Positions 17,699 to 27,112 of a stretch of DNA of 64,000 bases are shown piece by piece. A model generated the notes under the pieces. That model saw nothing but the letters and a program-made list of their open reading frames with translations. It did no database searches and had not been told where the DNA came from. This DNA is from Candidatus Multivoradales bacterium (GTDB taxonomy: Bacteria > Acidobacteriota > Thermoanaerobaculia > Multivoradales > JAHEKO01): assembly GCA_965223855.1 (NCBI GenBank), contig CBDCXM010000009.1, forward strand, positions 2,592,001-2,656,000, written 5' to 3'. Made by a program: the position numbers and the translations under genes. How positions within the stretch are numbered: position 1 is the first letter of the stretch; every line of letters begins with the position of its first letter.

Positions 17699-20600
17699 GT
17701 GGCTTCGACTCCGATTCGCCTTTGTGTGGGGCGCCTGCAGGGCGCTCTGATCGTTCGTATCTTCGTTCTCGTCGCGCTCCTGACCGGGGCCTCGGCAACA
17801 GGGCAGGTCGTCATCAACGAGGTCGACTACGACCAGCCCTCGACCGACGGTGCCGAGTTCGTGGAGCTCAAGAACGCCGGCCTCGTCGCCGAGAACCTCG
17901 ATCTCTACGAGCTCGAGCTGGTGAACGGCTCGGGCGGCGGAGCGACGATCTACGTGACGGTCGATCTGCCGAACGTCAACCTCGCCCCGGGCGGCTACTT
18001 CGTGATTTGCGGCGACGCGGCCAACGTCGCCAACTGCGATCTCGACGTCTCTCCCGACACCAACCTGATCCAGAACGGAGCGCCGGACGCCGTCGGCCTG
18101 ACCTTGATGGGAAGTCTCGTCGATGCGCTGAGCTACGAGGGGTCGGTGCCGGGTTACACCGAGGGCTCGGGTGACGGGCTGGTCGACAACTCGGGGGTCG
18201 CCGACAGCGGTCTTTCACGCTGCGCTGACGGCGCCGACACCGACCAGAACAACGTCGACTTCAGCTTCCAGGCGAGCACGCCCGGGGCGACGAACTCCTG
18301 CCCCGGCCCGACGCTGGTGGTCAACGAGATTGACTACGACCAACCGGGTACCGACACCGGCGAGTTCGTCGAGATTCTCAACAACGGTACGGCCGGCGTG
18401 GATCTCGACGGCATCTCGCTCGAGCTCGTCAACGGCACGGGGGGTGGAGCGTCGGTGTACTCGACGATCGCGCTCCCCGCGGTCACGCTGGCGCCGGGTG
18501 GCTACTTCGTCGTCTGCGGCGACGCGGCCAACGTGGCGAACTGCGATCTCGACGTCTCTCCCGACAGCAATCTGATTCAGAACGGCGCGCCCGACGCGGT
18601 CGCGCTGACTGCCTCCGGGGCGATCCTCGACACAGTCTCCTACGAAGGGGACACGGGCGCTCCCTACACCGAGGGGTCCGGTTCCGGCCTCGAGGATCTG
18701 GGGACGACCGGCAACGACGGCATGAGCATCTCTCGCTGCGTCGACGGTTTCGACTCCGACCAGAACAACGTCGATCTGATCTTCACCGGCAGCACGCCGG
18801 GTGCGTCGAACGACTGTGGCACCCCAGGTGGCGGCCTCGTGATCAACGAGATCGACTATGACCAGCCGTCGACCGATACGGCCGAATTCATCGAGATCCT
18901 CAACACCGGTAGCGCTGCGGTCGCTCTCAGCGCTTTCGAGCTGCAGCTCGTCAACGGCTCGGGCGGCGGAGCCTCGATCTACAACACCATCGCCCTGCCC
19001 GCCGTGTCGCTCGCTGCCGGCGACTACTTCGTCGTCTGCGGCGACGCCGCGGCGACCTTCGATTGCGATCTCGACGTGTCACCCGACTCCAATCTGGTGC
19101 AGAACGGCAGCCCCGACGCCGTGGCGCTTCTGCAGGCCGGGGTGATCGTCGACACCGTGAGCTACGAAGGCAACACGGCGCCACCCTTCACGGAGGGATC
19201 CGGATCCGGTCTCGAGGACTCCGGGGCCACCGGCAACGACAACCGTGGCATCTCTCGCTTCCCCGACGGGGTGGACACCGACGTCAACAACGTCGATCTG
19301 AGCCCACGCTGCATCACGCCGGGCGGTCCGAACGCCACCGCCTCGAGCAGCTGTCCGGACCCCGGGCCGCCGTCGCTGGTGGTCAACGAGATCGACTACG
19401 ACCAGCCCGGTAGCGACCTTGCGGAGTTCGTCGAGATCAAGAACGTCGGCACCGGAGCGGTCGATCTCACCGGGATCGACCTGGTGCTGGTCAACGGCAA
19501 CGGAGGCACCGTCTACGACACGATCGCCCTGACCTCGACGAGTCTCGGGGCTGGCGACTACTGGGTCGTCTGCGCGGACGCGACGACGGTCGCCAACTGC
19601 GATCAGCAGGCGATTTCGTCGGTGCAGAACGGAGCGCCGGATGCGGTGGCGCTGCAACAGGGTTCCCTCCTCATCGACACGGTCAGCTACGAGGGAGACA
19701 CCGCAGCGCCCTACACCGAGGGTTCGGGTGCCGGGCTCGTCGACTCGGGATCGACCGGTGAGGACAACAAGGGCATCTCGCGATTCCCCGACGGTGTGGA
19801 CACCGACGTGAACAACGTCGACCTGCTGTCGAGCTGCATCACGCCCGGCGCGGCGAACACCTCCGTCGCCACCGCCTGCACCGGCACCGGCTTCGTGGTC
19901 GAGATCTTCGAGATCCAGGGAGCCGGAGCGGCGTCGCCCTTCGACGGCCAGACGGTGACGACCGAGAGCAACGTCGTGACGGCGCTGCGGCCGGACGGCT
20001 TCTTCATGGAGACGCCGACGAGTCGCGACGACGGCGACCTCGACACCTCGAACGGCATCTTCGTCTTCACCGGCGGCGCGCCGCCGGTCGCCGTCGGCGA
20101 TCTGGTCGACGTCACCGGTCCGGTGATCGAGTTCTTCGACTTCACCGAGTTCACGGCGCCTTCGACGGTCACGGTGGTCGGCTCCGATGTGGTGCCGGCA
20201 CCGGTCGTTTTCGACGCTTTCGTGCCGTCGCCCGACCCGACCGCCCCGAGCTGTGCGATCGAGTTCGAATGCTACGAAGGGATGCAGGTGGAGATCGCCT
20301 CCGGCGTCGTCGGCGAGTCCAACCAGCGCTTCAACCCCGACCCGATCGCCGAGGTGTTCGTCACGGCTACCGGCGCCCGCTCGTTCCGCGAGCCCGGGGT
20401 CGAGTTCCCGGGGCTCAACCTGCCGCCGATCCCGACCTGGGACGGCAACCCCGAGGTGTTCGAGCTCGACCCGGACAAGATGGGGCTGCCGAACCAGATC
20501 ATCCCGGCCGGCTCGACGTTCACGGCCACCGGGGTGCTCGGCTTCGAGTTCGGCGGCTACGAGCTCTGGCCGACCTCGCTCACCGTGAACCCGGCGCCGC

Positions 20601-21895
20601 TTCCGGACCCCGTGCGGCCGCGCGCCGACGGCGAGTTCACCGTCGGGTCACTCAACCTCTTCCGTCTCTTCGACGACATCGACGATCCGCCTAGCGCCAA
20701 CGCCAACGGCGATGTCATTCGCGACGACCAGGTGGTCTCGACGGCCGAGTACCTGAGGCGTCGCGGCAAGCTCGCGGTCCATGTCCTCGACGTGCTCGGC
20801 GCGCCCGACATTCTCGCCGTTCAGGAGGCGGAGAAGATCGAGGTGCTCCAGGATCTCGCAAGTGACATAGCGGCCCTCGAGCCGGGCGTCGTCTACACGG
20901 CGTATCTGATCGAGGGCAACGACGTCGGCACCATCGACATCGGCTTCCTCACACGCGAAACGATCGCCGTCGATGCGGTGACGCAGTTCGGCTACACGGA
21001 GATCCTCACGTTCGACGGCTCGCTTCTCAACGATCGACCGCCGTTGCTGCTAGAAGGGCGCTGTACGGCCGGCGGGACCGACTTCCCGGTCGCCGTACTC
21101 AACCTCCACGGCCGGTCGCTCGGCGGCATCGACGATCCGAGCAGCGGACCGAGAGTGAGGCAGAAGCGACTCGAGCAGGCGGAGTTCGCCGCCTCGGTCG
21201 TCCAGGATCTGCAGAATCTCGATCCCGACGTCGCTCTGGCGGTGGTGGGAGACTTCAACGCCTTCGAGTTCACCGACGGCTACGTCGATGTCGTGGGCCA
21301 CATCGCCGGCGACTTCGACCCGGCGATGAGCCTGCTGTCCGGAGCCGATCTCGTCGATCCGGATCTCACCAACCAGGTGCTGACGGTCGCCGCCGACGAC
21401 CGCTACTCGTTCGTCTTCAACGGCAACGCGCAGGTGCTCGATCATGCGCTCACGAGCGTAGGCCTGGCGCCGCATGTCGCCGGCTTCGAGTTCGGCCGGG
21501 GCAACGCCGACGCGGCGGAGGATCTGATCAACGACGACGTCACGCCCGCCAACCTGGCGCTGCGTGCCTCGGACCACGACGGTCTCGTCCTCTACCTGCA
21601 GAAGGTGCTCGACGAGGACGGCGACGGCGTGCCCGATGAGCTGGATTTCTGTGCCGGTACGGAGATTCCGGAGAAGGTGCCCACCATCGGGCTGCGGCCG
21701 AACCGTTGGGCGCTGGTCGACGACGACACGGTCTTCGACACCCTCGGCCGGCCGATGGAGGTCTTCACGACCACCGATACCGCCGGCTGCTCCTGCTCGC
21801 AGATCATCGACGAGCTCGGGCTCGGCGAGGGGCACCGCAAGTTCGGTTGCAGCGTCGGCGCGATGCGTCGCTGGGTCAGCATCGTGACTCCGTGA
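17699..21895 (+). CDS. Extracellular nuclease (ExeM/NucH-like): 4 lamin-tail domains + OB-fold + EEP domain
   Basis: Four INE(I/V)DYDQP repeats; IFEIQG..SPF, DGFFMET and TSNGIFVFTG; EEP motifs DILAVQEAE, GDFNAF, QVLDH and SDHDG. Confidence 0.88.
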   Translation: MASTPIRLCVGRLQGALIVRIFVLVALLTGASATGQVVINEVDYDQPSTDGAEFVELKNAGLVAENLDLYELELVNGSGGGATIYVTVDLPNVNLAPGGYFVICGDAANVANCDLDVSPDTNLIQNGAPDAVGLTLMGSLVDALSYEGSVPGYTEGSGDGLVDNSGVADSGLSRCADGADTDQNNVDFSFQASTPGATNSCPGPTLVVNEIDYDQPGTDTGEFVEILNNGTAGVDLDGISLELVNGTGGGASVYSTIALPAVTLAPGGYFVVCGDAANVANCDLDVSPDSNLIQNGAPDAVALTASGAILDTVSYEGDTGAPYTEGSGSGLEDLGTTGNDGMSISRCVDGFDSDQNNVDLIFTGSTPGASNDCGTPGGGLVINEIDYDQPSTDTAEFIEILNTGSAAVALSAFELQLVNGSGGGASIYNTIALPAVSLAAGDYFVVCGDAAATFDCDLDVSPDSNLVQNGSPDAVALLQAGVIVDTVSYEGNTAPPFTEGSGSGLEDSGATGNDNRGISRFPDGVDTDVNNVDLSPRCITPGGPNATASSSCPDPGPPSLVVNEIDYDQPGSDLAEFVEIKNVGTGAVDLTGIDLVLVNGNGGTVYDTIALTSTSLGAGDYWVVCADATTVANCDQQAISSVQNGAPDAVALQQGSLLIDTVSYEGDTAAPYTEGSGAGLVDSGSTGEDNKGISRFPDGVDTDVNNVDLLSSCITPGAANTSVATACTGTGFVVEIFEIQGAGAASPFDGQTVTTESNVVTALRPDGFFMETPTSRDDGDLDTSNGIFVFTGGAPPVAVGDLVDVTGPVIEFFDFTEFTAPSTVTVVGSDVVPAPVVFDAFVPSPDPTAPSCAIEFECYEGMQVEIASGVVGESNQRFNPDPIAEVFVTATGARSFREPGVEFPGLNLPPIPTWDGNPEVFELDPDKMGLPNQIIPAGSTFTATGVLGFEFGGYELWPTSLTVNPAPLPDPVRPRADGEFTVGSLNLFRLFDDIDDPPSANANGDVIRDDQVVSTAEYLRRRGKLAVHVLDVLGAPDILAVQEAEKIEVLQDLASDIAALEPGVVYTAYLIEGNDVGTIDIGFLTRETIAVDAVTQFGYTEILTFDGSLLNDRPPLLLEGRCTAGGTDFPVAVLNLHGRSLGGIDDPSSGPRVRQKRLEQAEFAASVVQDLQNLDPDVALAVVGDFNAFEFTDGYVDVVGHIAGDFDPAMSLLSGADLVDPDLTNQVLTVAADDRYSFVFNGNAQVLDHALTSVGLAPHVAGFEFGRGNADAAEDLINDDVTPANLALRASDHDGLVLYLQKVLDEDGDGVPDELDFCAGTEIPEKVPTIGLRPNRWALVDDDTVFDTLGRPMEVFTTTDTAGCSCSQIIDELGLGEGHRKFGCSVGAMRRWVSIVTP

Positions 21896-21965
21896 GTCCC
21901 GGTGCCGTTCCCGGCTCGCGCTCGCTGGAGCGGGCGCGAGCCGCGGATCGGTTCCGCAGCGGATC

Positions 21966-23225
21966 TCAGAGCACGGCTTCGAGCGCCTCCAGCAGGTGGT
22001 CGATCTCCGCCGGGCTCGTGTAGTGCAGGAAGGACAGGCGCACGACGCCGCGCTCGGGCGGGATCCCCATCCCCTCGAGCGGGCGTACTCCGTAGAAGTG
22101 GCCGAAGCCGGCCATGATCCGCCGCTCGGTCAGCCTCCTGTGAACCGCTTCGGGCTCTCTCGCCAGCGGGACGAAGGAGACCGTGGGAGCCCTCGTCTCG
22201 GGGTCGGCGGGGCCGACCAGGCGGACGTCGTCTCTCCCCTCGAGCCACGCCAGAAGCGGTGCGGCCAGACTTGTCTCGTGGCGCCGGAACAGCTCGCCGA
22301 GTCGACGGCTTCGCTCGGCCGGGTCGGCGACGGGAGGGAAGTGGTGGTCGTGAACCAGATCCAGATACTCCGCGACCCCGGCCGCGGCGCCGATCTGCGC
22401 ATGGTCGGGGCCGGCCGGCAGCAGGCGGTAGCGCGGCTCTCCGGCATTGAAGTAGTGACTCTGGTTGGCGGCGCGCTCGAGCAGCGGGCGGCGGATCGCC
22501 ATCAAGCCGAGGTGGGGTCCCCAGGTCTTGTAGAGCGAGAAGAGGTAGATGTCCGCGCCGAGTGCCGGCACGTCGGGCAGCCCGTGGGGTGCCCAGGCGA
22601 CGCCGTCGACGACGGCGAGTGCTCCCGCGGCGTGGGCGCGCTCGACGATCGCGGCGACCGGGTTGATGGCCGCGACGACGTTGGAGCAGTGGGGGAAGGC
22701 GACGAGCCGTGTTCGCTCGTCGATCAGTCGCTCGAGTTCCTGCGGGTCGAGGGCGCCGGTGTCGCGATCGACGGACCACTCCCGGACTTCGATCCCGGTG
22801 TCCGCCAACCGGCGCCATGCGCCGGCGTTGCCCTCGTGGTCCTGGTTCGAGGCGACGATGTTGTCACCGCCCTCCCAAAGCGGCCGGAGTGCCCGTTCCA
22901 GGACGTAGGTGTTCTGGGAGGTCGAGGGTCCGAGGTGTACCTCGAACGGGTCGAGGCCGAGGTGGCCGGCGAGTCGCTCGTACGCTTCGTCCATCGCCGC
23001 GCCCGCCTTCTGTGAAGCGGGGTAGGGGAAGTAGGGCTGGACTTTGTGGCGGGTGTAGAAGCTCTGGAGGCGGTCGATCACCTGGCGGCAAGGGTAGGAG
23101 CCGCCGGCGTTCTCGAAGAACGACCAGCCGGCGAGGTCGGGCTCGCCGAAGGCCGGGAACTGCGCGCGGACGAACTCGAGATCGATCTCGGGGATCGACG
23201 GATGGGTGGCGGAGGGGTCGCTCAA
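21966..23225 (-). CDS. Aminotransferase class V / cysteine desulfurase-like PLP enzyme
   Basis: VRAQFPAF, FFENAGGS, DHEGN, VDGVA, FSLYKTWGPH (PLP Lys) and RLSFLHYT. Start at TTG 23225 after an AGGGAG RBS. Confidence 0.88.
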   Translation of the reverse strand: MSDPSATHPSIPEIDLEFVRAQFPAFGEPDLAGWSFFENAGGSYPCRQVIDRLQSFYTRHKVQPYFPYPASQKAGAAMDEAYERLAGHLGLDPFEVHLGPSTSQNTYVLERALRPLWEGGDNIVASNQDHEGNAGAWRRLADTGIEVREWSVDRDTGALDPQELERLIDERTRLVAFPHCSNVVAAINPVAAIVERAHAAGALAVVDGVAWAPHGLPDVPALGADIYLFSLYKTWGPHLGLMAIRRPLLERAANQSHYFNAGEPRYRLLPAGPDHAQIGAAAGVAEYLDLVHDHHFPPVADPAERSRRLGELFRRHETSLAAPLLAWLEGRDDVRLVGPADPETRAPTVSFVPLAREPEAVHRRLTERRIMAGFGHFYGVRPLEGMGIPPERGVVRLSFLHYTSPAEIDHLLEALEAVL

Positions 23226-23309
23226 GGTGTCTGTCTCCCTGCGGCCGGAACGCAAGCGCACGTCTTGGTCGGGTGGCGCCGACGGCGGCCGCTGTCGTAG
23301 CGTGGCGTC

Positions 23310-24323
23310 ATGATTCCACGTCGCGCGCTGCCGGTCGCTCTTCTTGCGGTCGCCTTCCCGCTGGTCGCGATCGGCTGCGCGCCGGTCGAGAGAGCCGCAG
23401 GAGAGCAGGAGCCGCCGTCGAGCGACAACAGCGAGGTTGTCGGTCGGGGCGAGGGCAAGGACGCGTGGTGGGACCACCTCCCCCGGGAGGCGTGGTCGGC
23501 CTTCGACCCGGTCGAGGTCTCCGACGCCTGGTTCGAGGTCTACCGGCTGGCAGCGGGCGTTCACGCGATCTACGAGCCGGGCCAGTTCGAAGAGGTGGTG
23601 TCGTACCTGGTCACCGGCGACGAACGCGCGCTTCTCTTCGACACCGGGCTCGGGATCGGCGATATCGCCTCGGTCGTCGCCGAGCTCACTCCGCTGCCGG
23701 TTGTCGTCCTCAACTCCCACACCCACTACGACCACGTCGGCGGAAACCACGCCTTCGACGAGGTCTACGGGACGGACCTCGACTACACCGTCCGACACGC
23801 CGCCGGCAGGTCGCCCGAGGAGGTCGCGGAGTTCGTCGGTGACGGGTGGATCTGGAAGGAGACTCCGGCCGGCTTCGATCGCGGCTCCTACCGCGGGCGG
23901 CCGTTCGAGGTCACCCACGTCGTCCGCCACGGCGAGCGGATCGACCTCGGTGGCGTCGTCCTCGAGGTCCTGCTGACGCCGGGCCACGCCCCCGACGCGC
24001 TCTGCCTTCTCGATCGCAGCCGCCGCCGTCTCTTCACCGGCGACACCTTCTACCCGGCGACTCTCTACGCCCACCTGCCGGGAACCGACTTTACGGCCTA
24101 TGCGGATTCCGCCCACCTCCTCGCCTCCCTGAGCGGCGAGATCGACCATGTCCACCCGGGCCACAACGAACCGGTGATGGAGCCGTCTCAGCTGGTCGCC
24201 CTGGCGGAGGCGTTCGACGCTGTTCAGCTGGACGGATCCGACTACGTCTCGACCGATGGCCTGCGCGAGTACGATTTCGGCCGCTTTTCGTTGCTGGTGT
24301 CCGATCCACCGCCGTGGGAGTAA
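23310..24323 (+). CDS. MBL-fold metallo-hydrolase, probable lipoprotein
   Basis: SHTHYDHVGG, TPGHAPD, FTGD and PGH motifs; lipobox-like AIGC. Confidence 0.9.
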   Translation: MIPRRALPVALLAVAFPLVAIGCAPVERAAGEQEPPSSDNSEVVGRGEGKDAWWDHLPREAWSAFDPVEVSDAWFEVYRLAAGVHAIYEPGQFEEVVSYLVTGDERALLFDTGLGIGDIASVVAELTPLPVVVLNSHTHYDHVGGNHAFDEVYGTDLDYTVRHAAGRSPEEVAEFVGDGWIWKETPAGFDRGSYRGRPFEVTHVVRHGERIDLGGVVLEVLLTPGHAPDALCLLDRSRRRLFTGDTFYPATLYAHLPGTDFTAYADSAHLLASLSGEIDHVHPGHNEPVMEPSQLVALAEAFDAVQLDGSDYVSTDGLREYDFGRFSLLVSDPPPWE

Positions 24324-24354
24324 CGCAACGCCCCGGTTGCTGTAGCCTGCGCCG

Positions 24355-25593
24355 ATGAGACGACTCCTCGTCGCGGCGTTTCTTCTCCTTGTCTCTCCCC
24401 ACTCCGGAGACGCCGACTGGCCCCAGTGGCGCGGGCCCGCCCGTGACGGCGTCGCCTCGGGTGCGACTCTTCCCGAGAGGCTTGCGCCCCAGCTCGAAGA
24501 GATCTGGTCGCTCGAGGTCGGAGCCGGGCACGCTTCGCCCGTCGTCGCCGGCGACCGCGTCTACCTGCACTCGAGAGTCGGCGACGAGGAGGTCGTTCGG
24601 GCACTGTCGCTCGCCGACGGCAGCGAGCTGTGGCGGTGGGGGGCCGAGACTCCCTACAGCCGCCATCCCGCGGCGCTCTCTCACGGCAAGGGGCCGCGCT
24701 CGACGCCGCTGGTAGCCGACGGCCGGCTGTGTACCTTCGGCGTCACCGGTCGCGCCGCCTGCTTCGACGCGGCCGATGGGCGGCTGCTGTGGCAGCACGA
24801 CTTCGAAGGCCGCTTCGACCGTGCCTGGCCCGACTTCGGCGTGGCGATGTCGACGGGGCTCTTCGACGGAGGGCTCGTGCTGCACGCGGGCGGCAAGAAG
24901 AGCGGTGCGCTGCTGGCGCTCGACCCGGCGACGGGAGAGGAGCTCTGGGCCTGGTCCGCCGATCCGCCCGCCTACGCCTCGCCGATTCTGGCGGTGCTCG
25001 ACGGAGTTCCCCAGATCGTCACCCAGAGCCGGACGCGGGTCGTCGCGGTCGATCCCGGGAGCGGTCGTGAGCTGTGGAGCACTCCGTTCGAGACCGCCTA
25101 CGAGCAGAACAGCGTCACGCCGCTGTGGTTCGACGACCGTGTGATCATCTCGGGCCTCGACAACGGCGTGGCGGCCTACGAGCCGCACCGCGACGCTGCC
25201 GGGCGATGGGTCCTCCAGGTCGCGTGGAAGAACGACGAGGTGCCGATGTACATGAGCTCGCCGGTCGTCCGCGGCAACCTGCTCTTCGGCATGAGCGACA
25301 AGCGCAAGGGACAGCTCTTCTGCATCGATCTCGCCACCGGCGACACTCTCTGGAAGACCGAGGGTCGGGAAGGGGAGAACGCAGCCCTGATCGTCGCCGG
25401 GGATCGCCTGATCGTCCAGACCGACGACGCCCGCCTCGCGGTCGGCCCGGCCGTGGAAACGGGTTGGAGTCCCGAAGCGACCTACACCGTGGCCGACAGC
25501 CCGACCTGGGCTCATCCGGCGCTCGTCGGGGACCGGCTGCTCGTGAAGGACCGCGAGCGGCTGACCGTCTACCGCTTCCTGCTCGCCGACTGA
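24355..25593 (+). CDS. Secreted PQQ-binding-like beta-propeller protein
   Basis: Signal peptide; DWPQWRGPARDG; Trp-docking repeats; TWAHPALVG. Confidence 0.88.
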   Translation: MRRLLVAAFLLLVSPHSGDADWPQWRGPARDGVASGATLPERLAPQLEEIWSLEVGAGHASPVVAGDRVYLHSRVGDEEVVRALSLADGSELWRWGAETPYSRHPAALSHGKGPRSTPLVADGRLCTFGVTGRAACFDAADGRLLWQHDFEGRFDRAWPDFGVAMSTGLFDGGLVLHAGGKKSGALLALDPATGEELWAWSADPPAYASPILAVLDGVPQIVTQSRTRVVAVDPGSGRELWSTPFETAYEQNSVTPLWFDDRVIISGLDNGVAAYEPHRDAAGRWVLQVAWKNDEVPMYMSSPVVRGNLLFGMSDKRKGQLFCIDLATGDTLWKTEGREGENAALIVAGDRLIVQTDDARLAVGPAVETGWSPEATYTVADSPTWAHPALVGDRLLVKDRERLTVYRFLLAD

Positions 25594-25699
25594 GCTGGTC
25601 CGCCGCCGTCGCGCGCAGTCCCTGCCGGGGCCGTGCCCGCGGACGGGGTGCAACGAAACCCCGGCCGGTGGTGTCCCGTAGATAGCCCCAAGCCCGACG

Positions 25700-27112
25700 A
25701 TGATCTTCAACACGCCGATCTTCTTCGTCTTCTTCGTCGTCTTCCTGACGGTGTACGGCCTCGTGCTGCGTCGCCATGGCGCGCGAGTGTGGTGGATCGT
25801 GCTCGCGAGCCTCGTGTTCTACGGCGCGTGGAACTATCGCTTCATCCCGCTGCTCGTCGGCAGTGCGATCGCCGACTACTACATCGCTCTCGCCATCGGG
25901 CGAAGCGAGGACCCGGCGGTGAGGAAGCGATGGGTGACGCTGTCGGTGGCGATCAACCTCGGTGTGCTCGGGCTCTTCAAGTACGCCGATTTCGTGCTGC
26001 TTTCGGTGGCCGACTTCCTGGCGCTTTTCGGCATCGCAGCGGACCTGCCGACCCTCGCCTGGGTCCTTCCCGTCGGCATTTCGTTCTACACCTTCCAGAG
26101 CCTGAGCTACACGATCGACGTCTATCGCGGCGACATGGAGCCGCGCCGCGGCCTCGGCGAGTTCGTCGCGGCACTGTCGTTCTTCCCGCAGCTGGTCGCG
26201 GGCCCGATCCTGCGGGCGCGCCAGATCCTGCCGCAGATGCACGCGTTGCCGACGCCGACCCGGGAAGGGGTGCGGCACGGCATGCTCCTGGTGACCGCCG
26301 GGGTCCTCAAGAAGACCGTGGCCGACCTGCTGGCCGCTCCGGTGGCGCGTGCCTTCGACTCCGCCGGGCCGGTGAGCGTGCTCGAGACCTGGACCGGTGT
26401 GCTGGCTTTCGCCGGCCAGATCTACGGCGATTTCGCCGGCTACACCGACATGGCGATCGGCCTCGCATTGCTGCTCGGCTTCCAGATTCCGCTCAACTTC
26501 CGGGTGCCGTACTTCGCCGTGTCTCCGGTGGACTTCTGGCGCCGCTGGCACATCTCGCTCTCGACCTGGCTTCGCGACTATCTCTACATCTCTCTGGGGG
26601 GCAACCGCACCGGGAATCGCTGGCGCAACGTGATGATCACGATGCTCCTCGGCGGTCTGTGGCACGGCGCCGCCTGGACCTTCGTCGCCTGGGGAGCGTT
26701 CCACAGCCTCCTGATCGCCGGTACCCATGCTCTGGGGAGCCTCGCGCCGCTGCGCGCCTTCGGCGCCAGTGCCTCACGCCTCGCGACGACCGCCAAGTGG
26801 GCGGTGACCTTCTATCTGGTGCTGATCGGCTGGGTGTTGTTCCGCGCGGCGACGCTCGCCGAGGCCGGTACGGTGCTTGCCACCCTGCACGGCTTCTCGG
26901 CGCCGTCAGCCTCCGCGCCGACGGCGCTGATCGTCTTCGCCCTGACCTTTACGGCCCTGTGGCTGATGCACCTGATGGACCTGGTCGTCCTCACCAGAGC
27001 CGAGGCAATCGAGAGTCGCCCCTGGCTGCTGTGGCTGCTGGTGGTCCTCGGGCAGACCCTCGCCTTCACCATCGGAAAACCGAGCAATGAGTTCATCTAC
27101 TTCCAGTTCTGA
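25700..27112 (+). CDS. MBOAT family O-acyltransferase (AlgI/DltB-like)
   Basis: LPVGISFYTFQSLSY, FFPQLVAGPI, DFWRRWHISLSTWLRDYLY, GGLWHGA and C-terminal EFIYFQF. Confidence 0.94.
   Translation: MIFNTPIFFVFFVVFLTVYGLVLRRHGARVWWIVLASLVFYGAWNYRFIPLLVGSAIADYYIALAIGRSEDPAVRKRWVTLSVAINLGVLGLFKYADFVLLSVADFLALFGIAADLPTLAWVLPVGISFYTFQSLSYTIDVYRGDMEPRRGLGEFVAALSFFPQLVAGPILRARQILPQMHALPTPTREGVRHGMLLVTAGVLKKTVADLLAAPVARAFDSAGPVSVLETWTGVLAFAGQIYGDFAGYTDMAIGLALLLGFQIPLNFRVPYFAVSPVDFWRRWHISLSTWLRDYLYISLGGNRTGNRWRNVMITMLLGGLWHGAAWTFVAWGAFHSLLIAGTHALGSLAPLRAFGASASRLATTAKWAVTFYLVLIGWVLFRAATLAEAGTVLATLHGFSAPSASAPTALIVFALTFTALWLMHLMDLVVLTRAEAIESRPWLLWLLVVLGQTLAFTIGKPSNEFIYFQF

Noticed and set aside
21966-24164. 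ORF-track 732-aa version of the class V aminotransferase (apparent fusion)
   Set aside because: The N-terminal 300 aa or so is antisense to the MBL hydrolase; the likely start is TTG 23225 with an RBS.
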